From: Microbacteriaceae bacterium
GTDB taxonomy: Bacteria > Actinomycetota > Actinomycetes > Actinomycetales > Microbacteriaceae
Assembly (NCBI GenBank): GCA_031177985.1
Contig: JAPSJW010000006.1
Coordinates: forward strand, 46,047-110,046
Length of the DNA: 64,000 nt
Reading direction: 5' to 3'
The translations under genes were made by a program, and so were the position numbers. The notes below the pieces were generated by a model. The model was given only the letters and a program-made list of their open reading frames with translations. It did not search any database and was not told where the DNA came from. Below, piece after piece: positions 28,853-38,906 of this stretch; positions within the stretch are counted from its first letter, which is position 1; each line of letters opens with the position of its first letter.

Positions 28853-29229
28853 GACACCTCCTGGAACAGTCGCACACCCTCCGGCTTCCGTCTGACCACG
28901 GCCCGGTACACCTCGAGCCCCCTGATCTCCGCCGCCTCGGCGACCGTCACGGCGCCGGAGCCGAGGCTGAGCCGGTAGGTCAGTTCGAAGCCGACCTCGA
29001 CGGGTCCGACCGCCCCATCCGAGCGCACCAGCCGCCGCGCCAGGATCAGGCGCGGGCCGTCCCATCGGACGACGACGACGTCGGTGCCGACGTGCTGGCC
29101 GCGGAAGCCGCGACGGAACCGCATCAGCTCCTCCAGAGCCGAGGATGCCGTGAGCGACTCGAGCGGTCCTAAGAGAGACCGCCGCAAGGCGTTCTCGGCG
29201 TAGAGCACACGGAACCATCGGGCGGCCAT
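28849..29229 (-). CDS. hypothetical 126-aa protein, translationally coupled to the phosphotransferase (ATGA overlap)
   Basis: Not listed separately in the track; it is the 3' end of spurious ORF 28849..30129. ATG 29229 encodes [20 protein letters not shown]...VRLFQEVS. About 87% of third positions are G/C by my hand count. The stop TGA overlaps the downstream ATG. The rest of the long ORF is antisense to yebC/ruvC. Confidence 0.5.
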   Translation of the reverse strand: MAARWFRVLYAENALRRSLLGPLESLTASSALEELMRFRRGFRGQHVGTDVVVVRWDGPRLILARRLVRSDGAVGPVEVGFELTYRLSLGSGAVTVAEAAEIRGLEVYRAVVRRKPEGVRLFQEVS

Positions 29230-29271
29230 GCCGGAAGGGTAGCGGGGGACCCGCCATCTACAATGGTCGGC

Positions 29272-30033
29272 ATGTCCGGCCACTCCAAATGGGCGACGAC
29301 GAAGCACAAGAAGGCTGTCATCGACAGCCGCCGTGCGAAGTCGTTCGCGAAGCTCATCAAGAACATCGAAGTCGCGGCGAAGATCGGCGGAGCCGACCTC
29401 TCCGGCAACCCGACCCTGTACGACGCCGTGCAGAAGGCCAAGAAGACCTCGGTTCCGAACGACAACATCGACCGTGCGATCAAGCGTGGGGCAGGCATCG
29501 GCGGCGAGTCGGTCGACTACCAGACGATCATGTACGAGGGTTACGCGCCCAGCGGAGTCGCGCTGCTCATCGAGTGCCTCACGGACAACAAGAACCGCGC
29601 GGCCGCCGAGGTGCGCACCGCGATGACTCGCAACGGCGGCACGATGGCCGACCCGGGCAGCGTCGCCTACAACTTCAGCCGCAAGGGCGTCATCTCGATC
29701 ACCAAGACCGACGGCGTCACCGAGGACGACATCCTGCTCGCGGTGCTCGACGCGGGCGCCGAAGAGGTGCTCGACCAGGGCGCCGGGTTCGAGGTGCTCA
29801 CCGACCCGTCGCAGCTCGTCGCCGCCCGCACCGCCCTGCAGGAGGCGGGGATCGACTACGACTCCGCCGAGGCGGAGTTCGTGCCGAACCTGCGCGTGGA
29901 GGTGGACCTCGAGACCGCTCGGAAGGTCTTCCGGCTGATCGACGCCCTCGAGGATTCCGACGACGTGCAGAACGTCTTCGCGAACTTCGAGGTGCCCGAC
30001 GAGGTGCAGCGGCAGCTCGACGAGGAGGACTGA
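29272..30033 (+). CDS. yebC: YebC/PmpR family DNA-binding transcriptional regulator
   Basis: [37 protein letters not shown]... is the near-invariant YebC N-terminus. The track start at 29263 is three codons upstream. Confidence 0.95.
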   Translation: MSGHSKWATTKHKKAVIDSRRAKSFAKLIKNIEVAAKIGGADLSGNPTLYDAVQKAKKTSVPNDNIDRAIKRGAGIGGESVDYQTIMYEGYAPSGVALLIECLTDNKNRAAAEVRTAMTRNGGTMADPGSVAYNFSRKGVISITKTDGVTEDDILLAVLDAGAEEVLDQGAGFEVLTDPSQLVAARTALQEAGIDYDSAEAEFVPNLRVEVDLETARKVFRLIDALEDSDDVQNVFANFEVPDEVQRQLDEED

Positions 30034-30042
30034 GCCACGCCG

Positions 30043-30609
30043 CGGGTTCTCGGCGTCGACCCCGGCCTCACGCGGTGCGGCATCGGCATCGTCGACGTCT
30101 CGCCGACCCGCACGGCCACGCTCGTGCACGTGACCGTCGTGCAGTCCGACCCCGACATGCCGGTGGAGCGGCGGCTGCTAGGAATCGCGACGGAGCTCGC
30201 GAAGCTCCTCGACGAGTACCGACCGGATGCGGTGGCGCTCGAGCGCGTCTTCGCCCAGCACAATCTCCGCACCGTCATGGGCACCGCCCAGGCAAGCGGC
30301 GTCGTCCTGCAGCTCGCGGCATCCCGCGGTCTCTCGGTCGGCATGCACACGCCGAGCGAGGTGAAGGCGGCGATCACCGGGTACGGCAACGCCGACAAGC
30401 GGCAGGTGGGCACGATGGTCGCCAAGGTGCTCCGTCTCGACGAGGTGCCGAAGCCGGCAGATGCCGCGGACGCGCTCGCGCTCGCGATCTGCCACGCGTG
30501 GCGGGGCGGTCCTGCGGCACCCGGTGCCGGGGGAGCGTCGCTGACGCCTGCCCAGCGGGCGTGGCGCGCGGCCGAGAAGTCGTCGGGCGCTCGTAGGCTG
30601 TCGCCATGA
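30043..30609 (+). CDS. ruvC: crossover junction endodeoxyribonuclease RuvC (start codon unresolved, see findings)
   Basis: Homology ([19 protein letters not shown]..., [45 protein letters not shown]) begins right after the yebC TGA in the same frame. The first canonical start in this frame is GTG 30124, 23 codons downstream of the catalytic Asp codon at 30058-30060. Confidence 0.85.
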   Translation, partial: RVLGVDPGLTRCGIGIVDVSPTRTATLVHVTVVQSDPDMPVERRLLGIATELAKLLDEYRPDAVALERVFAQHNLRTVMGTAQASGVVLQLAASRGLSVGMHTPSEVKAAITGYGNADKRQVGTMVAKVLRLDEVPKPADAADALALAICHAWRGGPAAPGAGGASLTPAQRAWRAAEKSSGARRLSP

Positions 30610-31216
30610 TCTCCTCCGTGCGCGGCATCGTGCTCTCCGCGCTCGGATCGACGGTCGTCATCGAGGTCGGAGGCGTGGGCCTGGGCCTGCAGGTGACCCC
30701 TCAGACGGCGCTCGGCCTGCGTGTCGGGAGCGAGGCACGCCTGCACACCGCGCTCATCGTGCGCGAGGACGAGCTGAGCCTCTACGGCTTCCTCGAGGCC
30801 GACGAGCTCGCCGTCTTCGACGCGCTCCGGGGCGTCACCGGCGTCGGACCCAAGAGCGCGCTCGGCGTGCTCGCCGCGATGACCCCGCCGCAGATCGCCA
30901 CGGCGGTAGCCACCGAGGACGACGCGGCGTTCCGCAAGGTGAGCGGCATCGGACCGAAGACGGCGAAGCTCATCGTGGTCTCACTCGCGGGCAAGCTCGT
31001 CGCCCTGCAGGCCACGACCGATCGCCAGCCGGTCGCCGTGAAGACGACCGTCGCCGACGACGTGCTCGTCGCGCTCGTCGGCCTCGGCTGGTCGGAGAGG
31101 ACCGCCGCCCAGGCGCTGGACGACGTGCTCTCGGACGCGAGCGAGCAGGAGGCGGCGAGCGTGCCGACCTTGCTGCGGCTCGCCCTCTCCACGCTCGGAC
31201 CCGCCGGGAAGGCATC

Positions 31217-31220
<4 letters not shown>
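30606..31220 (+). CDS. ruvA: Holliday junction branch migration protein RuvA
   Basis: [11 protein letters not shown]..., the helix-hairpin-helix motifs [13 protein letters not shown] and [17 protein letters not shown] overlap with ruvC. Confidence 0.95.
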
Positions 31221-32245
<1,025 letters not shown>

Positions 32246-32330
32246 TTCCAAGCGGCCATCCACCCGCCGTCCCTAGGCTGTTGGCCGTTCCCGCCGGTTC
32301 CTCGGCGCACTCTCGGAAGGTTTCCCTCCC

Positions 32331-32810
32331 ATGGATCTCTCTCTCATCCTGCTCTTCGCCGTCCTGATCATCTTCGTGGTCTTCACGTTCCGCTCCAACA
32401 AGCGCCGCAAGCAGGAGCTGGAGACGCTGCAGTCCCAGATGGTGCCAGGCGCCGAGGTCATGACGCGGGCCGGCATCTACGGCACGATCGTCAGCATCGA
32501 CGACGTCGCGAACGAGGCCATCATCGAGTCGACGCCGGGCACGCAGCTGCGTGTGCACCGTGACGCGCTCGCGAAGGTCGTCACCGACGAGCCCCGCTCC
32601 GTCGAGGAGGCCAAGGCCCTCGCCGATGCCGAGGCGGCTGCAGCGGTCGACGAGACCGGCGAGGTGCAGGATGCCGACGTCGAGACGAGCGTCGACGCTC
32701 CGGCCGCATCCGACACGACGACGCCGGCCACCGCGACCCCCGTCGACGACGCCGAGCAGGCTCCCGCGCCGCGCCCGCGCCGTCGTACGACCAAGAAGGT
32801 CGACGAGTAG
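32331..32810 (+). CDS. yajC: preprotein translocase subunit YajC (with an acidic/Ala-rich C-terminal tail)
   Basis: An N-terminal TM helix followed by the conserved core RKQELETLQSQMVPGAEVMTRAGIYGTIVSIDD. Confidence 0.9.
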   Translation: MDLSLILLFAVLIIFVVFTFRSNKRRKQELETLQSQMVPGAEVMTRAGIYGTIVSIDDVANEAIIESTPGTQLRVHRDALAKVVTDEPRSVEEAKALADAEAAAAVDETGEVQDADVETSVDAPAASDTTTPATATPVDDAEQAPAPRPRRRTTKKVDE

Positions 32811-32898
32811 GCATTAGTCTCTAGGACGGCCGTCTCCGAGGCGGCTCCGTCCCCGGGCGCCCGCATAGAGGCGCGAGCGTAGAAAGCTGAGTTCCCAC

Positions 32899-34641
32899 GT
32901 GGCAAGACGTTCGACACCGGTCCGTAAGGCCTGGCGCTCCCTCGCGTGGCTCCTGGTCATCTTCCTCGGACTCGGCGCGCTCAACGCCGCCGCGATTCTC
33001 TGGAACGACGGCGGCTTCTCCCCGCGCCTCGCGCTCGACCTCGAGGGCGGAACTCAGATCATCCTTGAGCCGGTGCTCGAGGACGGCCAGACGGTGTCCC
33101 AGGAGCAGCTCGCGCAGGCGGTCTCGATCATGCGTCAGCGCATCGACGCCTCTGGCATCAGCGAGGCCGAGATCACGACGCAGGGCGAGTCCAACATCGT
33201 CGTGGCGATCCCCGGCCGACCCGACGAAGCGACGATGGAGCGCATCCAGTCGTCGGCGCAGCTAGAGTTCCGGCCCGTCCTCCTCACGGAAGCGGCGCCT
33301 GCCAGCAGCGTGGGTGGCGAGGAGGAGGGCAGCACCGCCTCCCCGTCACCGAGCGCCGAGCCGACGCTCAACGACCAGCCGAGCGTCAGCCCCACCGACG
33401 CGAGCGACCTCAACTGGGTCACCGAGGCGCTCTACGACGAGTACCTCAATGTCGACTGCTCTGCGATCGAGGTCACGGAGGTCAACTCGGCGCCCTCCGA
33501 CGAGCCGCTCGTCACCTGCGACGACACCAACACCCTCAAGTACGCGCTCGGTCCCGTTGAGGTCAGCGGTGAGCGCATCGCCGACGCGTCCAGCGGGCTG
33601 GTGCTGAATGCGCAGGGTCAGTCGACCGGCGCGTGGGGCGTCAACATCGAGTTCGACGGCGAGGGCACCGAGCAGTTCGGCGAGGTGACCGAGCGTCTGT
33701 TCGGCCTGACCGGCGCGCAGAACCAGTTCGCGATCGTGCTCGACGGCAAGGTCATCTCCGCGCCGACGACGAACGCCATCATCACCGATGGCCGACCGCA
33801 GATCAGCGGCTCCTTCACCCAGGAGACCGCGCGAACCCTCGCCGACCAGCTGAAGTTCGGTGCACTTCCCATCGGCTTCTCGGTGCAGAGCGAAGAGACG
33901 ATCTCCGCCACGCTCGGCACGACCCAGCTCGCGAGCGGCCTCATCGCCGGAGCGATCGGCCTCGCGCTCGTCGTCGTCTACTCGCTCATCCAATACCGGG
34001 CGCTCGCCAGCGTCACCATCGCGTCGCTCATCATCGCCGCCGCGCTCACCTACCTGACCATCAACTGGCTCTCGTGGAACTACGGCTACCGCCTGTCGCT
34101 CGCCGGCGTCGCCGGACTCATCGTCGCGATCGGCATCACGGCCGACTCGTTCATCGTCTACTTCGAACGCGTCCGAGACGAGCTCCGTGACGGGCGCGGC
34201 CTGGAGTCGGCGATCGAGTCCGGATGGAAGCGCGCCTTCCGAACCGTGCTCGCGTCCGACACCGTGAACCTCCTCGCGGCGATCGTGCTCTTCGTGCTCG
34301 CCGTGGGCAACGTGCGGGGCTTCGCCTTCACGCTGGGGATCACGACGCTCATCGACGTGATCGTCGTGTCGCTCTTCACGCATCCGATGCTGCAGCTGCT
34401 CGGGCAGACGAACTTCTTCGCCGAGGGGCACAAGTGGAGCGGGCTCGACCCGAAGGCCCTCGGCGCGGTGTACCGCGGCCGGGCGTCGTTCCGCACACCC
34501 ACCGGCCTGCCAGCAGCCAAGGCCGCGAAGAGCAGCAAGGAAGCGGAGCGCCGCCAGACGATCGCCGAGCGCAAGGCCGCGGAGGCCGAGCTCGCCCAGG
34601 CGTCGAGCAGCAAGACGCAGAGCAAGGGTAAGGACTCCTGA
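32899..34641 (+). CDS. secD: protein translocase subunit SecD
   Basis: 580 aa. LALDLEGGTQIILE, a periplasmic-type domain, then six C-terminal TM helices (YRLSLAGVAGLIVAIGITADSFIVYFERVRDEL). Confidence 0.95.
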   Translation: MARRSTPVRKAWRSLAWLLVIFLGLGALNAAAILWNDGGFSPRLALDLEGGTQIILEPVLEDGQTVSQEQLAQAVSIMRQRIDASGISEAEITTQGESNIVVAIPGRPDEATMERIQSSAQLEFRPVLLTEAAPASSVGGEEEGSTASPSPSAEPTLNDQPSVSPTDASDLNWVTEALYDEYLNVDCSAIEVTEVNSAPSDEPLVTCDDTNTLKYALGPVEVSGERIADASSGLVLNAQGQSTGAWGVNIEFDGEGTEQFGEVTERLFGLTGAQNQFAIVLDGKVISAPTTNAIITDGRPQISGSFTQETARTLADQLKFGALPIGFSVQSEETISATLGTTQLASGLIAGAIGLALVVVYSLIQYRALASVTIASLIIAAALTYLTINWLSWNYGYRLSLAGVAGLIVAIGITADSFIVYFERVRDELRDGRGLESAIESGWKRAFRTVLASDTVNLLAAIVLFVLAVGNVRGFAFTLGITTLIDVIVVSLFTHPMLQLLGQTNFFAEGHKWSGLDPKALGAVYRGRASFRTPTGLPAAKAAKSSKEAERRQTIAERKAAEAELAQASSSKTQSKGKDS

Positions 34642-35642
34642 TGGCCAGCTTCTCGCAGTTCGGCAACGACCTCTACACGGGGGCCCGCTCGTTCGACTTC
34701 GTCGGCAAGCGTCGCATCTGGTACATCATCGCCGCGATCATGGTGCTCGGAGCGGTGCTCATCCCCATCGCGCGCGGCGGGTTCGTCTTCGGCATCGAGT
34801 TCCGAGGCGGCTCCGAGTTCACCGTGTCGGGCGTACAGGGGGAGATCGACCAGCAGGTCGCCACGGATGCGGTGCTCGAGATCGACCCGCGCAGCGGCCC
34901 GCGCGTGACGGTCGTCGGCGGCGACGGCGTCCGCGTCCAGACCGAGGAGGTCGAGCGGGAGGAAGCGGACCGCATCAGCACCGCCCTCGCCGAGGCCTAC
35001 GGGGTTCCGCCGGAGGACGTCACGTCGTCGTTCATCGGACCCACCTGGGGCGCCGACATCTCGGCTCAGGCGATCCGCGCGCTGGTGGTGTTCGTGCTCC
35101 TCGCAGCCGTCGTGATGGCGGTCTACTTCAGAACGTGGAAGATGTCCGTCGCGGCGATGGTCGCGCTCGTGCACGACCTCGTCATCACGGCGGGCGTGTA
35201 CGGGATCTTCGGCTTCGAGGTGACCCCTGCGGCCGTCGTCGGCTTCCTGACGATCCTGGGCTACTCGCTGTACGACACGGTCGTCGTCTTCGACAAGATC
35301 CGCGAGAACACCTCCGAGGACGGCGTCGAATCCCGCCGCACCTTCGCGCAGTCGGTGAACCTCGCCGTCAATCAGACGCTGGTGCGCTCGATCAACACCT
35401 CGATCGTGGCGGTGCTCCCGGTCGCGGCGATCCTCTTCATCGGCGCCGTGGTCCTGGGCGCCGGCACGCTTCGCGACATCGCGCTCGCGCTCTTCATCGG
35501 CATCCTCGTCGGCACCTACTCGACGATCTTCATCGCGGCTCCGCTCTACGCGCACCTGCGTGAGAACGAGCCCGAGGTGAAGAAGCAGGGCTCGCGCAAG
35601 CCGGTTGTGCGCTCCGACGCCACGACGGGTGCCGTGCGATGA
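34641..35642 (+). CDS. secF: protein translocase subunit SecF
   Basis: FDFVGKRRIWYIIAAIMV, GIEFRGGSEF, and YSLYDTVVVFDKIREN. The ATG shares one nt with the secD TGA. Confidence 0.95.
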   Translation: MASFSQFGNDLYTGARSFDFVGKRRIWYIIAAIMVLGAVLIPIARGGFVFGIEFRGGSEFTVSGVQGEIDQQVATDAVLEIDPRSGPRVTVVGGDGVRVQTEEVEREEADRISTALAEAYGVPPEDVTSSFIGPTWGADISAQAIRALVVFVLLAAVVMAVYFRTWKMSVAAMVALVHDLVITAGVYGIFGFEVTPAAVVGFLTILGYSLYDTVVVFDKIRENTSEDGVESRRTFAQSVNLAVNQTLVRSINTSIVAVLPVAAILFIGAVVLGAGTLRDIALALFIGILVGTYSTIFIAAPLYAHLRENEPEVKKQGSRKPVVRSDATTGAVR

Positions 35643-35977
35643 CGGGCGCGACGCCCGCGGTCGAGGCCTCCGACGCCATCCGCGAGACGCAGGACGGCGT
35701 GCTGCTGCTCGACGTCCGCGAGGAGTGGGAGTGGGACAGGGGACACGCGCCCCAGGCGGTCTCGATCCCGATGTCGCAGCTGGATGAGCGCATCAGCGAG
35801 ATCCCCGACGACCGTCGCGTGCTCGTCGTCTGCCACAGCGGCGTCCGGTCGGAGCGGGTCACCGAGGCGCTCCTGCGCGCCGGCTACGACGCGGTCAACG
35901 TGGCCGGCGGCATGGTCGCCTGGCAGTCCGCGGGAGGCGAACTGGTCGCGCCGGACGGCGCCGATCCTCGCGTCTAG
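35639..35977 (+). CDS. single-domain rhodanese-like protein
   Basis: 112 aa with the active-site loop [10 protein letters not shown] and [21 protein letters not shown] overlap with secF. Confidence 0.85.
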   Translation: MTGATPAVEASDAIRETQDGVLLLDVREEWEWDRGHAPQAVSIPMSQLDERISEIPDDRRVLVVCHSGVRSERVTEALLRAGYDAVNVAGGMVAWQSAGGELVAPDGADPRV

Positions 35978-36000
35978 ACTCCTTGTATGAGAGGCACGCG

Positions 36001-38253
36001 ATGACGGAGACGCAGAACACCGCGTCACTGCGCACGCTCCTCCCGCGCATCTTCTCCCGGGCGCAGCCGTCAGGCGCTGTCGATCAGCTCATCCGTACGG
36101 TGCGCCAGCACCACCCGAAGGGCGATCTGACGCTCATCGAACGGGCCTACACGGCGGCCGAGCGCGCTCACGAGGGCCAGCGCCGCCGCAGCGGCGAGCC
36201 CTACATCACCCATCCGGTCGCGGTGGCGCAGATCCTCGCCGATCTGGGCATCGGGCCGAAGACCATCGCGGCAGCGCTGCTGCACGACACCGTCGAGGAC
36301 ACCGAGTACACGCTCGACATGGTCCGCAGCGACTTCGGCGACGAGATCGCGATGCTCGTCGACGGCGTGACGAAGCTCGACAAGCTCAAGTACGGCGACA
36401 GCGCGCAGGCGGAGACGGTGCGCAAGATGGTCGTCGCGATGAGCAAGGACATCCGGGTCCTCGTCATCAAGCTGGCCGACCGCCTGCACAACGCCCGCAC
36501 CTGGGGTTTCGTGCCGCAGGAGTCGGCGACCCGCAAGGCGCAGGAGACCCTCGAGATCTACGCGCCGCTCGCCCACCGGCTGGGTATCCAGACCATCAAG
36601 TGGGAGCTCGAGGACCTGTCGTTCGCCGTGCTCTATCCGAAGCTCTACGTCGAGATCGAGAACCTGGTGCGCGACCGCACCCCGCAGCGCGAGGACTTCG
36701 TGCAGCAGGTGATCGACGCCGTGAACGAGGACCTGCGCGCCGCCCGCATCAAGGGGCAGGTGCAGGGACGGCCGAAGCAGTACTACTCGATCTACCAGAA
36801 GATGATCGTGCGCGGTCGCGAGTTCGACGAGATCTACGACCTGGTCGGCATCCGGGTGCTCGTGGGCAGCGTGCGCGACTGCTACGCCGTGCTCGGCGCC
36901 ATCCACGCCAGGTGGAATCCGATCCCCGGGCGCTTCAAGGACTACATCGCGACGCCCAAGTTCAACCTGTACCAGTCGCTCCACACGACCGTGATCGGCC
37001 CGCAGGGCAAGCCCGTCGAGCTGCAGATCCGCACGCACGACATGCATCAGCGGGCGGAGTACGGCGTCGCGGCGCACTGGAAGTACAAGGAGCGGATGAC
37101 GAGCGGGCGCAGCGGCGGCGACGCCGTCACCCCGCGCGACACCGAGATGGCGTGGCTCAAGCACATCTCCGACTGGCAGTCGGAGACCGCCGACCCAGGG
37201 GAGTTCCTCGACAACCTGCGGTTCGAGATCGGCGCGAAGGAGGTCTACGTCTTCACGCCGCAGGGCAAGGTCATCGGCCTGCCCGCCGGTGCGACTCCGG
37301 TCGACTTCGCGTACGCCGTGCACACCGAGGTGGGCCACCGCACGATGGGTGCGAAGGTCAACGGACGTCTCGTCCCGCTCGAGTCGACGCTCAACTCGGG
37401 TGACGTCGTCGAGGTCTTCACCTCCAAGAACCCGGATGCTGCGCCCAGCCAGGACTGGCTGAACTTCGTCAAGAGCCCGCGTGCTCGCAGCAAGATCCGC
37501 GGCTGGTTCACCAAGGAGCGCCGCGAGGAGGCGATCGAGCAGGGCAAGGATGCGATCGCACGCGCCATGCGCAAGCAGAATCTGCCGCTGCAGAAGCTGC
37601 TGACCCAGGACGCGTTCAGCGAGGTCGCCGCTCAGCTGCGCTACGACACCGTCGAGGCGCTGTACGCGGCGGTGGGCGAAGGCCACGTCTCCACCCAGTC
37701 GGTGCTCGAGAAGGTGCTCGCCAGCGTCGTGACCGAGGCGGAGGCCGACGAGGGCGACCTCGCGTTCACACCGCCGCGCCGCACCCGTCCGCTGCGCAAC
37801 AGCGACTCGGGCGTGCTCGTGCGGGGTGCTCCGGACATCCTGGTCAAGCTCGCGAAGTGCTGCACCCCGGTGCCGGGCGATGAGATCGTCGGCTTCGTCA
37901 CCCGTGGTGCCGGCGTGAGCGTGCACCGCTCCGACTGCACCAACGTGCGCACGCTGCTCGACGAGCCGGAGCGGATCATCGAGGTCGAGTGGGCCCCCTC
38001 CTCCAAGAGCGTCTTCCTCGTGCAGATCCAGGTCGAGGCGCTGGACCGCGCCGGCCTCCTCTCCGACGTGACCCGGGTGCTCAGCGAGAACCACGTCAAC
38101 ATCCTCAGCGCGACCGTCTCCACCTCGAGCGATCGCCTGGCGATCAGCCGCTTCGTCTTCGAGATGGGCGACACGGTGCATCTCGATCGGCTCCTCAACG
38201 CGGTGCGGCGCATCGACGCGGTCTACGACGTCTACCGGGTCAGCTCCGGCTGA
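36001..38253 (+). CDS. relA: bifunctional (p)ppGpp synthetase/hydrolase (RelA/SpoT homolog)
   Basis: HD hydrolase domain ([11 protein letters not shown]...LLHDTVEDT), synthetase domain ([13 protein letters not shown]...[20 protein letters not shown]), plus TGS and ACT-like domains. ATG 36001 follows GAGAGG; the track start at TTG 35983 is six codons upstream. Confidence 0.95.
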   Translation: MTETQNTASLRTLLPRIFSRAQPSGAVDQLIRTVRQHHPKGDLTLIERAYTAAERAHEGQRRRSGEPYITHPVAVAQILADLGIGPKTIAAALLHDTVEDTEYTLDMVRSDFGDEIAMLVDGVTKLDKLKYGDSAQAETVRKMVVAMSKDIRVLVIKLADRLHNARTWGFVPQESATRKAQETLEIYAPLAHRLGIQTIKWELEDLSFAVLYPKLYVEIENLVRDRTPQREDFVQQVIDAVNEDLRAARIKGQVQGRPKQYYSIYQKMIVRGREFDEIYDLVGIRVLVGSVRDCYAVLGAIHARWNPIPGRFKDYIATPKFNLYQSLHTTVIGPQGKPVELQIRTHDMHQRAEYGVAAHWKYKERMTSGRSGGDAVTPRDTEMAWLKHISDWQSETADPGEFLDNLRFEIGAKEVYVFTPQGKVIGLPAGATPVDFAYAVHTEVGHRTMGAKVNGRLVPLESTLNSGDVVEVFTSKNPDAAPSQDWLNFVKSPRARSKIRGWFTKERREEAIEQGKDAIARAMRKQNLPLQKLLTQDAFSEVAAQLRYDTVEALYAAVGEGHVSTQSVLEKVLASVVTEAEADEGDLAFTPPRRTRPLRNSDSGVLVRGAPDILVKLAKCCTPVPGDEIVGFVTRGAGVSVHRSDCTNVRTLLDEPERIIEVEWAPSSKSVFLVQIQVEALDRAGLLSDVTRVLSENHVNILSATVSTSSDRLAISRFVFEMGDTVHLDRLLNAVRRIDAVYDVYRVSSG

Positions 38254-38828
38254 GCGGATGCCGTTCCGGCGTCTCGAGCGGCGATCGCCCGCTCGAGGGC
38301 GGCGACCCCTGCTCGCTTGCGGGGCAGCTTCCGGCGCTCTAGCAGCGCCGCCAGCACCTCCTCGAGAGCGAACGCGCCGATCGAGGCAAGGGCGCAGAGC
38401 ACCTCGGGGCCTGCTCCTTCGAGGGCGAGGTCGGTCGCGGTGCGCTGCGGCGAGGTGAGGGTGAGCGGACCGGACCGTGCCAGGTCGGCTGCGGTCAGGG
38501 CGATCTCGTGCACCACGAGCCCCGCGGACGGTCCTGAGCGGTAGCGCGAGTCGATCGGCGTGCAGGCCTCGAGCGGTGTCAGGAGCTCCTCCGCCGCACC
38601 CCAGACCCAGGCGGCGGAGCTGCGGCACGCGATCGTGCGAGCGGGGATGCGCGCCGACAGCGCGGCTGCGCGGCGGGTGACGCCGTACGGTTCGTCGACG
38701 GGGGAGTGCGCTCCGTCCACGGCGAACAGCTCCCCGTCGAGTCTCGCCGCCATCAGCTCGGGCAGGGGGAGGTCGGAGGGGACGAGCACCGCAGGCAACC
38801 GCATGCCTCGATGCTGCAGCACCGCCAT
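38232..38828 (-). CDS. hypothetical protein (weak resemblance to AbiEi-type antitoxin/regulator domains)
   Basis: 198 aa with GC-rich third positions. [14 protein letters not shown] and SSAAWVWG...[15 protein letters not shown] recall AbiEi-like proteins, but I cannot verify this. The 3' end overlaps the relA 3' end by 22 nt. Confidence 0.45.
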   Translation of the reverse strand: MAVLQHRGMRLPAVLVPSDLPLPELMAARLDGELFAVDGAHSPVDEPYGVTRRAAALSARIPARTIACRSSAAWVWGAAEELLTPLEACTPIDSRYRSGPSAGLVVHEIALTAADLARSGPLTLTSPQRTATDLALEGAGPEVLCALASIGAFALEEVLAALLERRKLPRKRAGVAALERAIAARDAGTASAQPELTR

Positions 38829-38906
38829 CGCGCGAGGTGTAGACCCGGGCGACCTGTGGAGACGGCCTGGGTGTGGAGGGACGAGTGCTACCGACCCAGC
38901 GCGGCG

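Noticed and set aside
32650-32810. The Ala/Asp/Thr/Pro-rich low-complexity C-terminal tail of YajC, and similar basic or Pro-rich N-termini of MltG and the cyclophilin, considered as separate small ORFs or repeats.
   Set aside because: They are continuous with the conserved domains in the same frame. Such disordered extensions are typical of actinobacterial orthologs.
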